Origin: an uncultured Pseudomonadota bacterium
GTDB taxonomy: Bacteria > Myxococcota_A > Polyangia > Fen-1088
Direction of reading: 5' to 3'
Assembly: GCA_963847705.1 (NCBI GenBank)
Contig: CAWKBC010000018.1
Span: forward strand, 1-23,797
DNA length: 23,797 nucleotides
Shown: positions 11,562 to 20,687 of the stretch, one piece after another
How positions within the stretch are numbered: position 1 is the first letter of the stretch
Layout of the letters: each line of letters opens with the position of its first letter
Program-made: the position numbers and the translations under genes
The notes under the pieces: model-generated
Told to the model about the DNA's origin: nothing
Databases searched by the model: none
What the model saw: the letters and a program-made list of their open reading frames with translations, nothing else

Positions 11562-12590
11562 CTAAGAACCGGTGGACGGTGCCGACCCTTGTGCTGTCGC
11601 CGCTTTGACGGGGGGGAGCGCGGGGACCCTTCGGGCCTCCGCGATCGCGGAGGTTGCAGGGAGGGTGACGAAGTCGATGTGGGGGCCGACCGAGATGGCG
11701 AGCGGCCCCTCGCCCTTGTAGAGGTCACCGTCGATCGTGTAGGCCATGCTGCCGGACTTGGGGGTGATCTTGAGCGTCGAGGCGACGGCGCTGAAGGCGC
11801 GCTTCGGCGAGATGCCGCGTCCCTGGTAGACCGCCGGGAACTCCGGGATGAGGCCGGCGGGACGTCCGTGGATCGCCAGCACGCCGAACCGCTCGACGTC
11901 GTCGTCGGCGCGGTGGTTGAGCTTGAAGCCGAGGCCCACCTCGCGAACGGTGGCGGCGCCGATCCCGATGAAGACGGCGCGCTCGAGCGTCTGGCCGTCG
12001 ACCTCGACGGTCCCCTCGAACCGCTTGAAGAGCCTGTGAATGAAGGGGCCGTTGATCAGCGCCGAACCAATGCCGCGCAGGAGCAGCCAGGCCGCGCGGG
12101 CCGGGCCGTACTCTCCGGTTCCGTAGTACTCGCCCAGGAAGTTGGCCATGAGGCCGTTGCCGAAGATGAACCCCAGGGTGTCGCCGATCCGCAGGCAGCG
12201 CCGACGGATCGTTCCGAGCTGCTGGTCGGCCCGCACCGCGCCCAAGATCGCCGACAGAAAGGGGGCGGCCGGTTGACGGATCCGCAGCGAGGCGCTGACC
12301 ACGTTCATCGTCCCGCCGCCCAGGATCGCCAGGGGGGGAATCGGCGTCTCGCCGAAGGCCAGCCCCAGCGCGGCCACCGTGCGATGAAGCGTGCCGTCGC
12401 CGCCGTGGACCGCGATGACCGAGGGCGGGTCGGCGCGCAGCGCGGCCGCTTCGTCCGCCAGCTCCTCCAGCGTCTTGGGGGCGAACACGCGACCGTCGGC
12501 GCCGAGCAATGCCTGGAACTGCGACGCCACCCGGGGGTTGCGTCGGTTCGCGCGCGAGCGCGGGTTGACGAAGAGCGCGATCGGGGTCAG
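11562..12590 (-). CDS. Diacylglycerol/lipid kinase (YegS/DAGK) family protein, probable CTG start
   Basis: ALFVNPRS, HGGDGTL and LAILGGGTMN motifs. The NPxS motif lies upstream of the first GTG (12530); CTG at 12590 overlaps the upstream stop codon. Confidence 0.82.
   Translation of the reverse strand: MTPIALFVNPRSRANRRNPRVASQFQALLGADGRVFAPKTLEELADEAAALRADPPSVIAVHGGDGTLHRTVAALGLAFGETPIPPLAILGGGTMNVVSASLRIRQPAAPFLSAILGAVRADQQLGTIRRRCLRIGDTLGFIFGNGLMANFLGEYYGTGEYGPARAAWLLLRGIGSALINGPFIHRLFKRFEGTVEVDGQTLERAVFIGIGAATVREVGLGFKLNHRADDDVERFGVLAIHGRPAGLIPEFPAVYQGRGISPKRAFSAVASTLKITPKSGSMAYTIDGDLYKGEGPLAISVGPHIDFVTLPATSAIAEARRVPALPPVKAATAQGSAPSTGS
11572..11643 (-). repeat. Degenerate copy (B2) of the palindromic element encoding the DAG-kinase C-terminal tail
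   Basis: Reverse complement reads cgcggaggccc-gaa-gggtccccgcg-ctcccccccg...cgtccac: same head hairpin, C-tract and cgtccac end, tandem with copy B. Confidence 0.5.
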
Positions 12591-12973
12591 TCGTCCCCGC
12601 CTGGGCCGTCGTCGCTACCGTCTTGGCCGCCCTCGTCGTCCCCCGACTCTCCATCGGTCTCCGCTGCGGCCGCCGCCATCGCCGCCGCCATTTTGGGATA
12701 CCACTGCTCGAACACCTCGGCGATCTGGCGCGCCTGCTTTTCGTTGGAGATGTTGAACGAGGACTGCTTGCGGTAGCTCCCCTTCGATTTCTTGAAGCGG
12801 ACGATCGCCATCTTGGGCGCCCGGAACTTCCCCTTGGCCCTGTCGAGCTCCTGGAACAGGAACATGATCGTCGCCCAGCTCCCCTTGCTCAGCACCGCGC
12901 GATCGAGCTCCTTGCGGACCAGCGTCCCCTCGTCCTCGTAGTCGTATGTGAGCTCTTCCAGCGTCTCGGCCAT
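12587..12973 (-). CDS. Conserved hypothetical protein with basic core and acidic C-terminal tail
   Basis: GGAG RBS upstream; strong GC3 bias; core KELDRAVLSKGSWATIMF...VRFKKSKGSYRKQSSFNIS, which I recall from deltaproteobacterial hypothetical proteins. Confidence 0.85.
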   Translation of the reverse strand: MAETLEELTYDYEDEGTLVRKELDRAVLSKGSWATIMFLFQELDRAKGKFRAPKMAIVRFKKSKGSYRKQSSFNISNEKQARQIAEVFEQWYPKMAAAMAAAAAETDGESGDDEGGQDGSDDGPGGDD

Positions 12974-13011
12974 CTATGGTCTCCGGGTCTCCTGCGGGTC
13001 GCTTGCCGTCT

Positions 13012-13356
13012 CTAGGAGGTGCGGGTGTCGATCGCGGCCCGGTCCTCGGCCGAGAGATCGACGAACTCGATCCCCATTCCGGGTGAGCGATCCTTCTGGC
13101 CGCCGCGGGTGACGCGCACGACGCGCCCTTGCGCCTTGATCTGGCGTCCGTTCGGCAGGCGAAACTCGACCACCAGCGTCTCGCCGACCTCGAACAGGAT
13201 GTCGGCCCGCAAGAACGCGCCGCCGCTCGACAGGTCGGTCGAGGCGAAGCGGATCGGCCTGCGCACCTTCTGCGCGGCGTCCGAGACCGACACCGAAATC
13301 TCCAGATCCACGCGGGCGTGCTGGCGCGTGTCGCGCCGGACCGGGCTCGGGCTCAC
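13012..13356 (-). CDS. PilZ-domain c-di-GMP receptor (myxobacterial TIGR02266-like), 114 aa
   Basis: GTG at 13356 overlaps the upstream stop (GTGA); RxxxR (RQHAR), DxSxxG (DLSSGG), GRVVRV, PGMGIEF. Confidence 0.9.
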   Translation of the reverse strand: MSPSPVRRDTRQHARVDLEISVSVSDAAQKVRRPIRFASTDLSSGGAFLRADILFEVGETLVVEFRLPNGRQIKAQGRVVRVTRGGQKDRSPGMGIEFVDLSAEDRAAIDTRTS

Positions 13357-14255
13357 GGACGCAGCTCCGCGGCCACCGCCGAGCGGGTCTCCACGGAGAC
13401 GCGGGCGCCCGAGGGGGCCAGCGGTTCCCGCGCGCGAATGCGCCGCGCCACCTCGATCGACACGGGGACCCCCCAGGTGCTGGCCCGGCTGCGCCGCAGG
13501 TGGACCAGCAGCGCGCGGGGGACGTTGATCACCGCTTCGGTCGAGGCGTTGGTCGGCACCGCGCAGATCACGGCCACCGTCGCCCCGAACGGGCGCAGCT
13601 CGACGAGCGCACCGGCCGCGCCGCTGAGCGAGAGCGAGAGCCCCTCGCTCACGTCGATCTTCATTCCCCCGACGGGCGCGGCGCCGTTGGCCGCCTGCAG
13701 GCGCGGCAGCGCGGGGACAGCCAGCTCGGCGACCGGCAGCTCGGCGTCGGCGCCGTAGATGCTCAGGCGCTCGGGGAGGAGATCGAGCGGTTGCGGCGCC
13801 GCCTCGGCGACCACACCGCCCACCACGCCCGCGACGTCGGGGAAGACGCGCGGGTCGAGGCGCATCAGCGGCTCGCCCGGGCCCAGGCCGACGCCGATGC
13901 CGGAGAGCTCCTCCAGATCGATCGAGCTGCCGCGGGCGACGAGCGCGCTGGTCGCCTCGTCGACATCGCGCAGGGCGCACCCCTGATCGGGGGCCGCGGC
14001 CGACAGCGGATCGACCAACCCCAACACGTCGGGGGCGTCGGGTCCGGCCGTGGCGGCGCGGAACCCGAGCACCGACACGGTCGGTTGCCTGCCGTCGGCG
14101 ACGTCGAACCGAATCGACAGCTCCGCCGACGTCAGGCTGACCGCCGCCTGGGCGTCGGGGGGACGCGCGCCGCTGTCGCACGCGGCCACGAGAGCGCCCG
14201 CCGCCAAAACAGCGGCCGCGGCACGAGCGCGAAGGTCGGCGAACGGGCGAGACAT
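13353..14255 (-). CDS. Hypothetical lipoprotein
   Basis: Signal peptide ending LVAA-C; GC3-rich codons; coupled to the PilZ gene. Confidence 0.7.
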   Translation of the reverse strand: MSRPFADLRARAAAAVLAAGALVAACDSGARPPDAQAAVSLTSAELSIRFDVADGRQPTVSVLGFRAATAGPDAPDVLGLVDPLSAAAPDQGCALRDVDEATSALVARGSSIDLEELSGIGVGLGPGEPLMRLDPRVFPDVAGVVGGVVAEAAPQPLDLLPERLSIYGADAELPVAELAVPALPRLQAANGAAPVGGMKIDVSEGLSLSLSGAAGALVELRPFGATVAVICAVPTNASTEAVINVPRALLVHLRRSRASTWGVPVSIEVARRIRAREPLAPSGARVSVETRSAVAAELRP

Positions 14256-14278
14256 GGGCGTCGAACCGGGGACTCAAC

Positions 14279-14308
14279 ACTATAACTTCTGCGGCGGCAA
14301 CTCGCCAA
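14279..14308 (-). promoter_or_regulatory. Possible sigma70-type promoter for the lipoprotein-PilZ unit
   Basis: TTGGCG-N18-TATAGT on the minus strand in the divergent gap. Confidence 0.35.
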
Positions 14309-14343
14309 TTCGGGCGTACGCCGTGCTATGAAACGGGCCTCGT

Positions 14344-14666
14344 ATGTCCCGGATAACTGTCGCCGAAATTCGCGAGCTGGCGATCCTGGCGCGCCTGGCG
14401 CTCTCCGAGCAAGAGGTCGCCCGGATGACCGTCGATCTGGACGCCATCCTCGACTACGTGGACGCCATGCGCGAGCTCGACACCACGGGCGTCGAGCCGA
14501 TGACGCACGCGGTTCCCTTCGACTGTCCGCTGCGGGCCGACCATACGGCGCCCTCGCTGTCGATCGAGGAGGCCCTGGCGAATGCCCCGCGTCGCGAGGC
14601 CAGCTTCTTCCAGGTTCCCCGCATCGTCCCCGGGCCGGGTGGTTCCTCGACGGTCGAGGACGAGTC

Positions 14667-14670
<4 letters not shown>
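14344..14670 (+). CDS. gatC: Asp/Glu-tRNA amidotransferase subunit C
   Basis: LARLAL, ILDYVDAMRELDTTGVEPM, LRAD, ALANAP..EASFFQVPRI; first gene of gatCAB. Confidence 0.95.
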
Positions 14671-16145
<1,475 letters not shown>

Positions 16146-17651
16146 ATGGCCGCGTCGGGGGAGCGGGAGCTTGGCTCACGCGAGCCCAGCGCGGGGGGCG
16201 CGGGACCCTCTCAGGGGCCCGGTAAAACGGACTGGGAAGTGGTCATTGGGCTGGAGGTGCACGTCCAGCTGGCGACGCGGTCGAAGATCTTCTCCTGGTC
16301 GTCGGCGGCGTTCGGCGCGGAGCCGAACTCGGCGACCGATCCGGTCTGCCTGGGGATGCCGGGGACGCTGCCGGTTCTGAACCGCTCCGCCGTCGAAGCG
16401 GCGGTGCGGCTGGGGATGGCGGCCGGCTGTAAGATCCGCGCGCGCTGCCGGTTTGCGCGCAAGCACTACTTCTACCCGGATCTTCCCAAGGGCTTTCAAA
16501 TCTCCCAGTTCGACGAGCCGATCTGCGAGCGGGGCGCCATCAAGTTCCGCCTCAAGGGCGAGCCGCGCGCCATCCGCCTGACCCGCATCCACATGGAAGA
16601 GGACGCCGGGAAGAACCTGCACGCCGCGGCCGGCGTCAGCTTCGTCGACTACAACCGGGCCGGCGTCCCGCTCTGCGAGATCGTCAGCGAGCCCGACGTG
16701 CGGTCGGCCGAGGAGGCCGCCGAATACGTGCGGGCGGTGCGGACGCTGGTCCGTTACCTCGGCATCGGCGACGGCAACATGGAAGAGGGGTCGCTGCGCT
16801 GCGACGCCAACGTCTCGCTGCGCCCGCGCGGCACGGAGAAGTACGGCACCAAGACCGAGATCAAGAACATGAACTCGTTCAAGAACGTGCGCGACGCGAT
16901 CGAGCACGAGGTCAAGCGGCAGGCGACGCTGCTCGACCGGGGCGAGCGCATCATTCAAGAGACGCGGCTCTGGGACGCGTCGCGCGGCGTGACGCAGGCG
17001 ATGCGCTCGAAGGAGCAGGCGCATGACTACCGCTACTTCCCCGAGCCCGATCTGCCGCCGCTGGTGGTGACCGAGCTCGAGCAGGTCGCGCTGCGCGCCA
17101 GCCTGCCGGAGCTGCCGGAAGATCGCTTCGCCCGCTACACGGGCGAGGTGGGGCTCTCCCCCCAGGACGCCGGCGTCCTGGTCGCCGATCGCGAGACCGC
17201 CGCCTACTTCGACGCCACCGTCGCCGCCGGCGCGCCCGCCAAGCGCGCCGCCAACTGGCTCATCAACGAGCTGCTCGCCCGGGTCGACGATCCACGCAAG
17301 CTGGGCGAAACCGACTGCCCGGTGCCGCCCGCGGCCCTGGCCGAGCTGGTTCAGCTCGTGGAGGACGGGACGCTCTCGGGCAAACTCGGCAAGGAGGTCT
17401 TCGCCAAGATGTGGGCGGAGCGGCGGGCAGCGAAGGAGATCGTCGCCGCCGAAGGGCTGGCCCAGGCCTTCGACAGTGGCGCCCTGGAAGAGGCTTGCAA
17501 GCGGGTGGTCGCGGCTCACCCCGACGAGGCCGGGCGGATCAAGAGCAACCCAAAATTGATGGGCTTCTTCGTCGGCGCGGTCATGAAAGAGACCGGCGGC
17601 AAGGGGAATCCCAAGGCCGTCAACGAGATCCTGCGGCGTCTCCTAGCCTGA
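16146..17651 (+). CDS. gatB: Asp/Glu-tRNA amidotransferase subunit B, with a repeat-derived N-terminal extension
   Basis: WEVVIGLEVHVQL, RKHYFYPDLPKGFQISQ, HMEEDAGK, GNMEEGSLRCDANVS, DYRYFPEPDL, GFFVGAVMK. Confidence 0.97.
   Translation: MAASGERELGSREPSAGGAGPSQGPGKTDWEVVIGLEVHVQLATRSKIFSWSSAAFGAEPNSATDPVCLGMPGTLPVLNRSAVEAAVRLGMAAGCKIRARCRFARKHYFYPDLPKGFQISQFDEPICERGAIKFRLKGEPRAIRLTRIHMEEDAGKNLHAAAGVSFVDYNRAGVPLCEIVSEPDVRSAEEAAEYVRAVRTLVRYLGIGDGNMEEGSLRCDANVSLRPRGTEKYGTKTEIKNMNSFKNVRDAIEHEVKRQATLLDRGERIIQETRLWDASRGVTQAMRSKEQAHDYRYFPEPDLPPLVVTELEQVALRASLPELPEDRFARYTGEVGLSPQDAGVLVADRETAAYFDATVAAGAPAKRAANWLINELLARVDDPRKLGETDCPVPPAALAELVQLVEDGTLSGKLGKEVFAKMWAERRAAKEIVAAEGLAQAFDSGALEEACKRVVAAHPDEAGRIKSNPKLMGFFVGAVMKETGGKGNPKAVNEILRRLLA
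16151..16221 (-). repeat. Palindromic repeat element, copy C, inverted and in frame in the 5' end of gatB
   Basis: Reverse complement reads cgggcccct-gag-agggtcccg-cgccccccgcg-ctgggctc-gcgtgagc-caa-gctc...ccgacgcg, same layout as copies A and D. Confidence 0.65.
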
Positions 17652-17663
17652 CCATCAACAACC

Positions 17664-17838
17664 GCGGGAACCCTGGGAGGTTCCCGCACCCTCCCGCGAG
17701 GGCCTCCAGCGAGCAAAGCTCGCCACCGCCCCCCGCACCCTCCCGCGAGGGGCTCCAGCGAGCAAAGCTCGCCTCCGCCCCCCGCACCCTCCCGCGAGGG
17801 GCTCCAGCGAGCAAAGCTCGCCTCCGCCCACGTGATCG
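17664..17838 (+). repeat. Palindromic element copy D with internal 3x49-bp tandem amplification
   Basis: Head hairpin gcgggaacc/ggttcccgc; units 17683-17731, 17732-17780 and 17781-17829 (cccgcaccctcccgcgaggggctccagcgagcaaagctcgcctccgccc; unit 1 differs at 2 positions); tail acgtgatcg. Confidence 0.92.
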
Positions 17839-17841
17839 GTC

Positions 17842-17869
17842 TTGACACCGCGGCACTCCTCTCTAAACT
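17842..17869 (+). promoter_or_regulatory. Sigma70-type promoter of rplU-rpmA-obgE
   Basis: TTGACA-N16-TAAACT; GGAGG RBS at 17881. Confidence 0.75.
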
Positions 17870-17896
17870 ACGCCGCTCTCGGAGGTCCCAAGTCAG

Positions 17897-18241
17897 ATGT
17901 ATGCCGTCATTGCCTCAGGTGGAAAACAGTACCGCGTCAGCGAGGGTGAAACCCTGCGCGTGGAGAAGCTCGTGGGGCCGGCCGGCACCAAGGTGACCTT
18001 CGGGCCGCTCTTGTTCGCCGACGACGGCGGCGGGGTCGAGGTCGGCAAGCCGACCGTCTCCGGCGTCACCGTCGAGGCCGAGATCGTCGAGCAGGGCCTG
18101 GGCAAGAAGATCGTCATCTTCAAGTACAAGCGCCGCAAGAGCTACCGCCGCAAGACGGGCCATCGGCAGCCGTTCACCTCGCTCAAGATCACCGCGATCC
18201 GCGCCGGCGCTGCCGGCGCCAGCGCAACGAAGGCGGCCTAA
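17897..18241 (+). CDS. rplU: 50S ribosomal protein L21
   Basis: MYAVIASGGKQYRVSEG...KYKRRKSYRRKTGHRQPFT. Confidence 0.98.
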   Translation: MYAVIASGGKQYRVSEGETLRVEKLVGPAGTKVTFGPLLFADDGGGVEVGKPTVSGVTVEAEIVEQGLGKKIVIFKYKRRKSYRRKTGHRQPFTSLKITAIRAGAAGASATKAA

Positions 18242-18244
18242 GCC

Positions 18245-18532
18245 ATGGCACACAAAAAAGGTCAGGGGAGCTCCCGCAACGGCCGCGACTCGCAGTCGCA
18301 GCGCCGTGGGATCAAGCGCCACGCCGGGCAGATCGTGCTGGCGGGCAACATTCTCGTGCGCCAGGTCGGCACGGTCATCCACGCCGGGCGCAACGTCGGC
18401 ATGGGGCGTGACTTCACGCTGTTTGCCCTCAAGGACGGCGAAGTGAAGTACGTCAAGTCCGGGCCCCGCACGATCGTCAGCATCGTCGACCCGAGCATCG
18501 TCGCCCCGGCTCCCGCCGCGGCCGCCGCCTAG
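18245..18532 (+). CDS. rpmA: 50S ribosomal protein L27
   Basis: [16 protein letters not shown]...[26 protein letters not shown]. Confidence 0.98.
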   Translation: MAHKKGQGSSRNGRDSQSQRRGIKRHAGQIVLAGNILVRQVGTVIHAGRNVGMGRDFTLFALKDGEVKYVKSGPRTIVSIVDPSIVAPAPAAAAA

Positions 18533-18580
18533 CCGGCGCGCTCGGTCGGGGCGCCAGCAGCGTGCAAGGAAGAGGCGCCC

Positions 18581-19651
18581 GTGCACTTCATCGATGAGGT
18601 CGTCATCCGCGTGCGCGCGGGAGACGGCGGCAAAGGGGCGGTCGCGTTTCGGCGCGAGAAGTTCGTCCCCCTGGGCGGCCCCTCCGGCGGAGACGGCGGA
18701 GACGGTGGCAGCATCATCCTGGTCGTCGACGAGGGGCTCTCGACGCTGCTCGACTTCCGCTACAAGAGCGAGTTCCAGGCCCCGACCGGTGACGCGGGCG
18801 CGAACAAGGACAAGTACGGTCGTGGTGGCGAGGACGTGATCTTGCGCGTGCCGCCCGGCACGCAGGTGTTCGACGACGCGACCGGCAAGCTCATCTGCGA
18901 TCTGCGGACGAACGGCCAGCGTTTCGTGGCCGCGCAGGGCGGCAAAGGGGGGCGCGGCAACATCCACTTCGCCACCTCGACCGATCGGGCGCCGCGCCGC
19001 TCCGAACCGGGCACGCCGGCCGAGGAGCGCACCATCCGGCTCGAGCTGAAGCTGCTGGCCGACGTCGGGCTGCTGGGCTTCCCCAACGTCGGCAAGTCGT
19101 CGCTCATCGCGCGCATCTCAGCCGCACGGCCCAAGATCGCCAACTATCCCTTCACCACCCTGGTCCCCAACCTGGGAACGGTTGGGCTGTCCGACGAGCG
19201 GAGCTTCGTGGTCGCCGACATCCCCGGCCTCATCGAGGGGGCGCACGCGGGGGCGGGGCTCGGCGATCGGTTCTTGAGGCACCTCGAGCGGACGCGCCTC
19301 CTGGTCCATCTCCTCGATCCGAGCGCCCCGCCTCGGAACGACGGGACCGACCGGACCCCGCTGCGCGACTTCGAGGCCCTCAACAAGGAGCTGGCGCTCT
19401 ACGATCCGCAGCTGGCGGCGCGGCCGCAGATCGTGGTGATCAACAAGATCGATTTGCCGGACGTTCGCAAGAAGCTGGCGACGCTCGCGCGCCCGTTCAA
19501 GCGGCGCGGCATCGAGCTGCACGCCATCAGCGCCGCCACGGGCGAGGGGGTCGGACCGCTCCTGGAGGCGATCTGGCGGGCCCTGCCCCCCCGGGCGCCC
19601 CGGGGCGGCGACCAGCTCGACCGGCTTGGTCCTGGGGACGCGCGGACTTAG
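18581..19651 (+). CDS. obgE: GTPase ObgE/CgtA
   Basis: FIDEV...AGDGG.G...FRREKFVPLGGPSGGDGG, GFPNVGKS, YPFTT, DIPG, NKID; canonical position after rplU-rpmA. Confidence 0.97.
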   Translation: MHFIDEVVIRVRAGDGGKGAVAFRREKFVPLGGPSGGDGGDGGSIILVVDEGLSTLLDFRYKSEFQAPTGDAGANKDKYGRGGEDVILRVPPGTQVFDDATGKLICDLRTNGQRFVAAQGGKGGRGNIHFATSTDRAPRRSEPGTPAEERTIRLELKLLADVGLLGFPNVGKSSLIARISAARPKIANYPFTTLVPNLGTVGLSDERSFVVADIPGLIEGAHAGAGLGDRFLRHLERTRLLVHLLDPSAPPRNDGTDRTPLRDFEALNKELALYDPQLAARPQIVVINKIDLPDVRKKLATLARPFKRRGIELHAISAATGEGVGPLLEAIWRALPPRAPRGGDQLDRLGPGDART

Positions 19652-19827
19652 GTTGGCAAGGGCAGCCGCGCAGGCCTTTTCTAGGGGTGGGCCAGCGCGG
19701 CGACACATGAGCGGGCACACGAGCGGGGCAGGCGACCGGATCGAAAACGAAGCGCAAAAACGAGCGCAAAACCGAGGCGGCGTAGAGGTGGCGACCGCGG
19801 TTGTGGGAAACGCAGAAAAGCCGAAGA

Positions 19828-19856
19828 TTGACCGCACTTGCGGGTTTTGATATAGA
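19828..19856 (+). promoter_or_regulatory. Sigma70-type promoter for the secreted/TPR cluster
   Basis: TTGACC-N17-TATAGA with TG extension; GGAG RBS at 19920. Confidence 0.6.
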
Positions 19857-19930
19857 AATGCGGCTTCAAAGCTGCTCCGCTCTTCGGGTCCTCCCAATAC
19901 GCCCCTTCCAACGCCAGACGGAGTTAAGAC

Positions 19931-20674
19931 ATGACATCGCTGCGGACCGTTTTTTCGCGTGGGGCGTACCGCGCCCTGGGGGTATTGGTGATTTCGCTGG
20001 TCGTGGGCGCCACCGCGCACGCGGAGACGGCGGCTGCGCCGGCCGCGCCGACGCCCTCGGGCGCCCCGCCGGCTCCCGGTGAGACGACGGCCGCCCCGGC
20101 TGCTGGCGGCGCCGATCAGGGGGCGTACACCGTGCGTCTCCGCTCCCTGGAGAAGAACGTCAACGAGCTCAAGGAGCAGATCTTCCGCACCAAGGCGCGG
20201 CTCAACCTCCTCAAGGAGACCGTGCTCGGCGGGGTCATCGGCGCCTCCCGCGCGATCATCCATCACCGGAACGAGATGGGGAGCTCTTTTCGCCTGGTGA
20301 AGGCCGCTTATGCGCTGGACGGGGTACAGATCTATTCAAAAGCCGACGACAGCGGCGCTCTGGCCGAAATGCAAGACTTCGACGTCTATAACGGCGCCAT
20401 CCAGCCCGGGTCCCACACCCTGTCGGTCGCGCTGACCTATCAGGGGAACGGCTTCGGCGTGTTCAGCTACCTCAAGGGCTACAAGTTCAACGTCAAGTCG
20501 AGCCACACCTTCGTGGCCGGCGACTCGAAGACGACCAACATCACCGTGGTCGGGTACGAGAAGGGGAACATCACGACGCAGCTTTCCGACAAGCCGGCCG
20601 TCGACTTCCGCGTGAACGTCATTTCCGCTGGTGAGGGTGGGGCGACGGCGGCGGCGGCGCCGGCCAAGAAATAG
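19931..20674 (+). CDS. Secreted protein: signal peptide, Pro/Ala linker, short coiled coil, beta-rich domain
   Basis: AHA signal peptidase site; LRSLEKNVNELKEQIFRTKARLNLLKE heptads; strong RBS and GC3 bias. Confidence 0.85.
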   Translation: MTSLRTVFSRGAYRALGVLVISLVVGATAHAETAAAPAAPTPSGAPPAPGETTAAPAAGGADQGAYTVRLRSLEKNVNELKEQIFRTKARLNLLKETVLGGVIGASRAIIHHRNEMGSSFRLVKAAYALDGVQIYSKADDSGALAEMQDFDVYNGAIQPGSHTLSVALTYQGNGFGVFSYLKGYKFNVKSSHTFVAGDSKTTNITVVGYEKGNITTQLSDKPAVDFRVNVISAGEGGATAAAAPAKK

Positions 20675-20687
20675 TCACGCGTGAGTG

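Noticed and set aside
17683-17829. CRISPR array
   Set aside because: Units are contiguous 49-bp tandem copies with no unique spacers, and no cas genes are present.
19652-19685. Terminator after obgE (ggcctttttc)
   Set aside because: Short T-run without a convincing stem.
19931-20674. Dihydrolipoamide acetyltransferase label that the Pro/Ala linker might attract
   Set aside because: No lipoyl domain or catalytic DHR motif, and the protein has a signal peptide.
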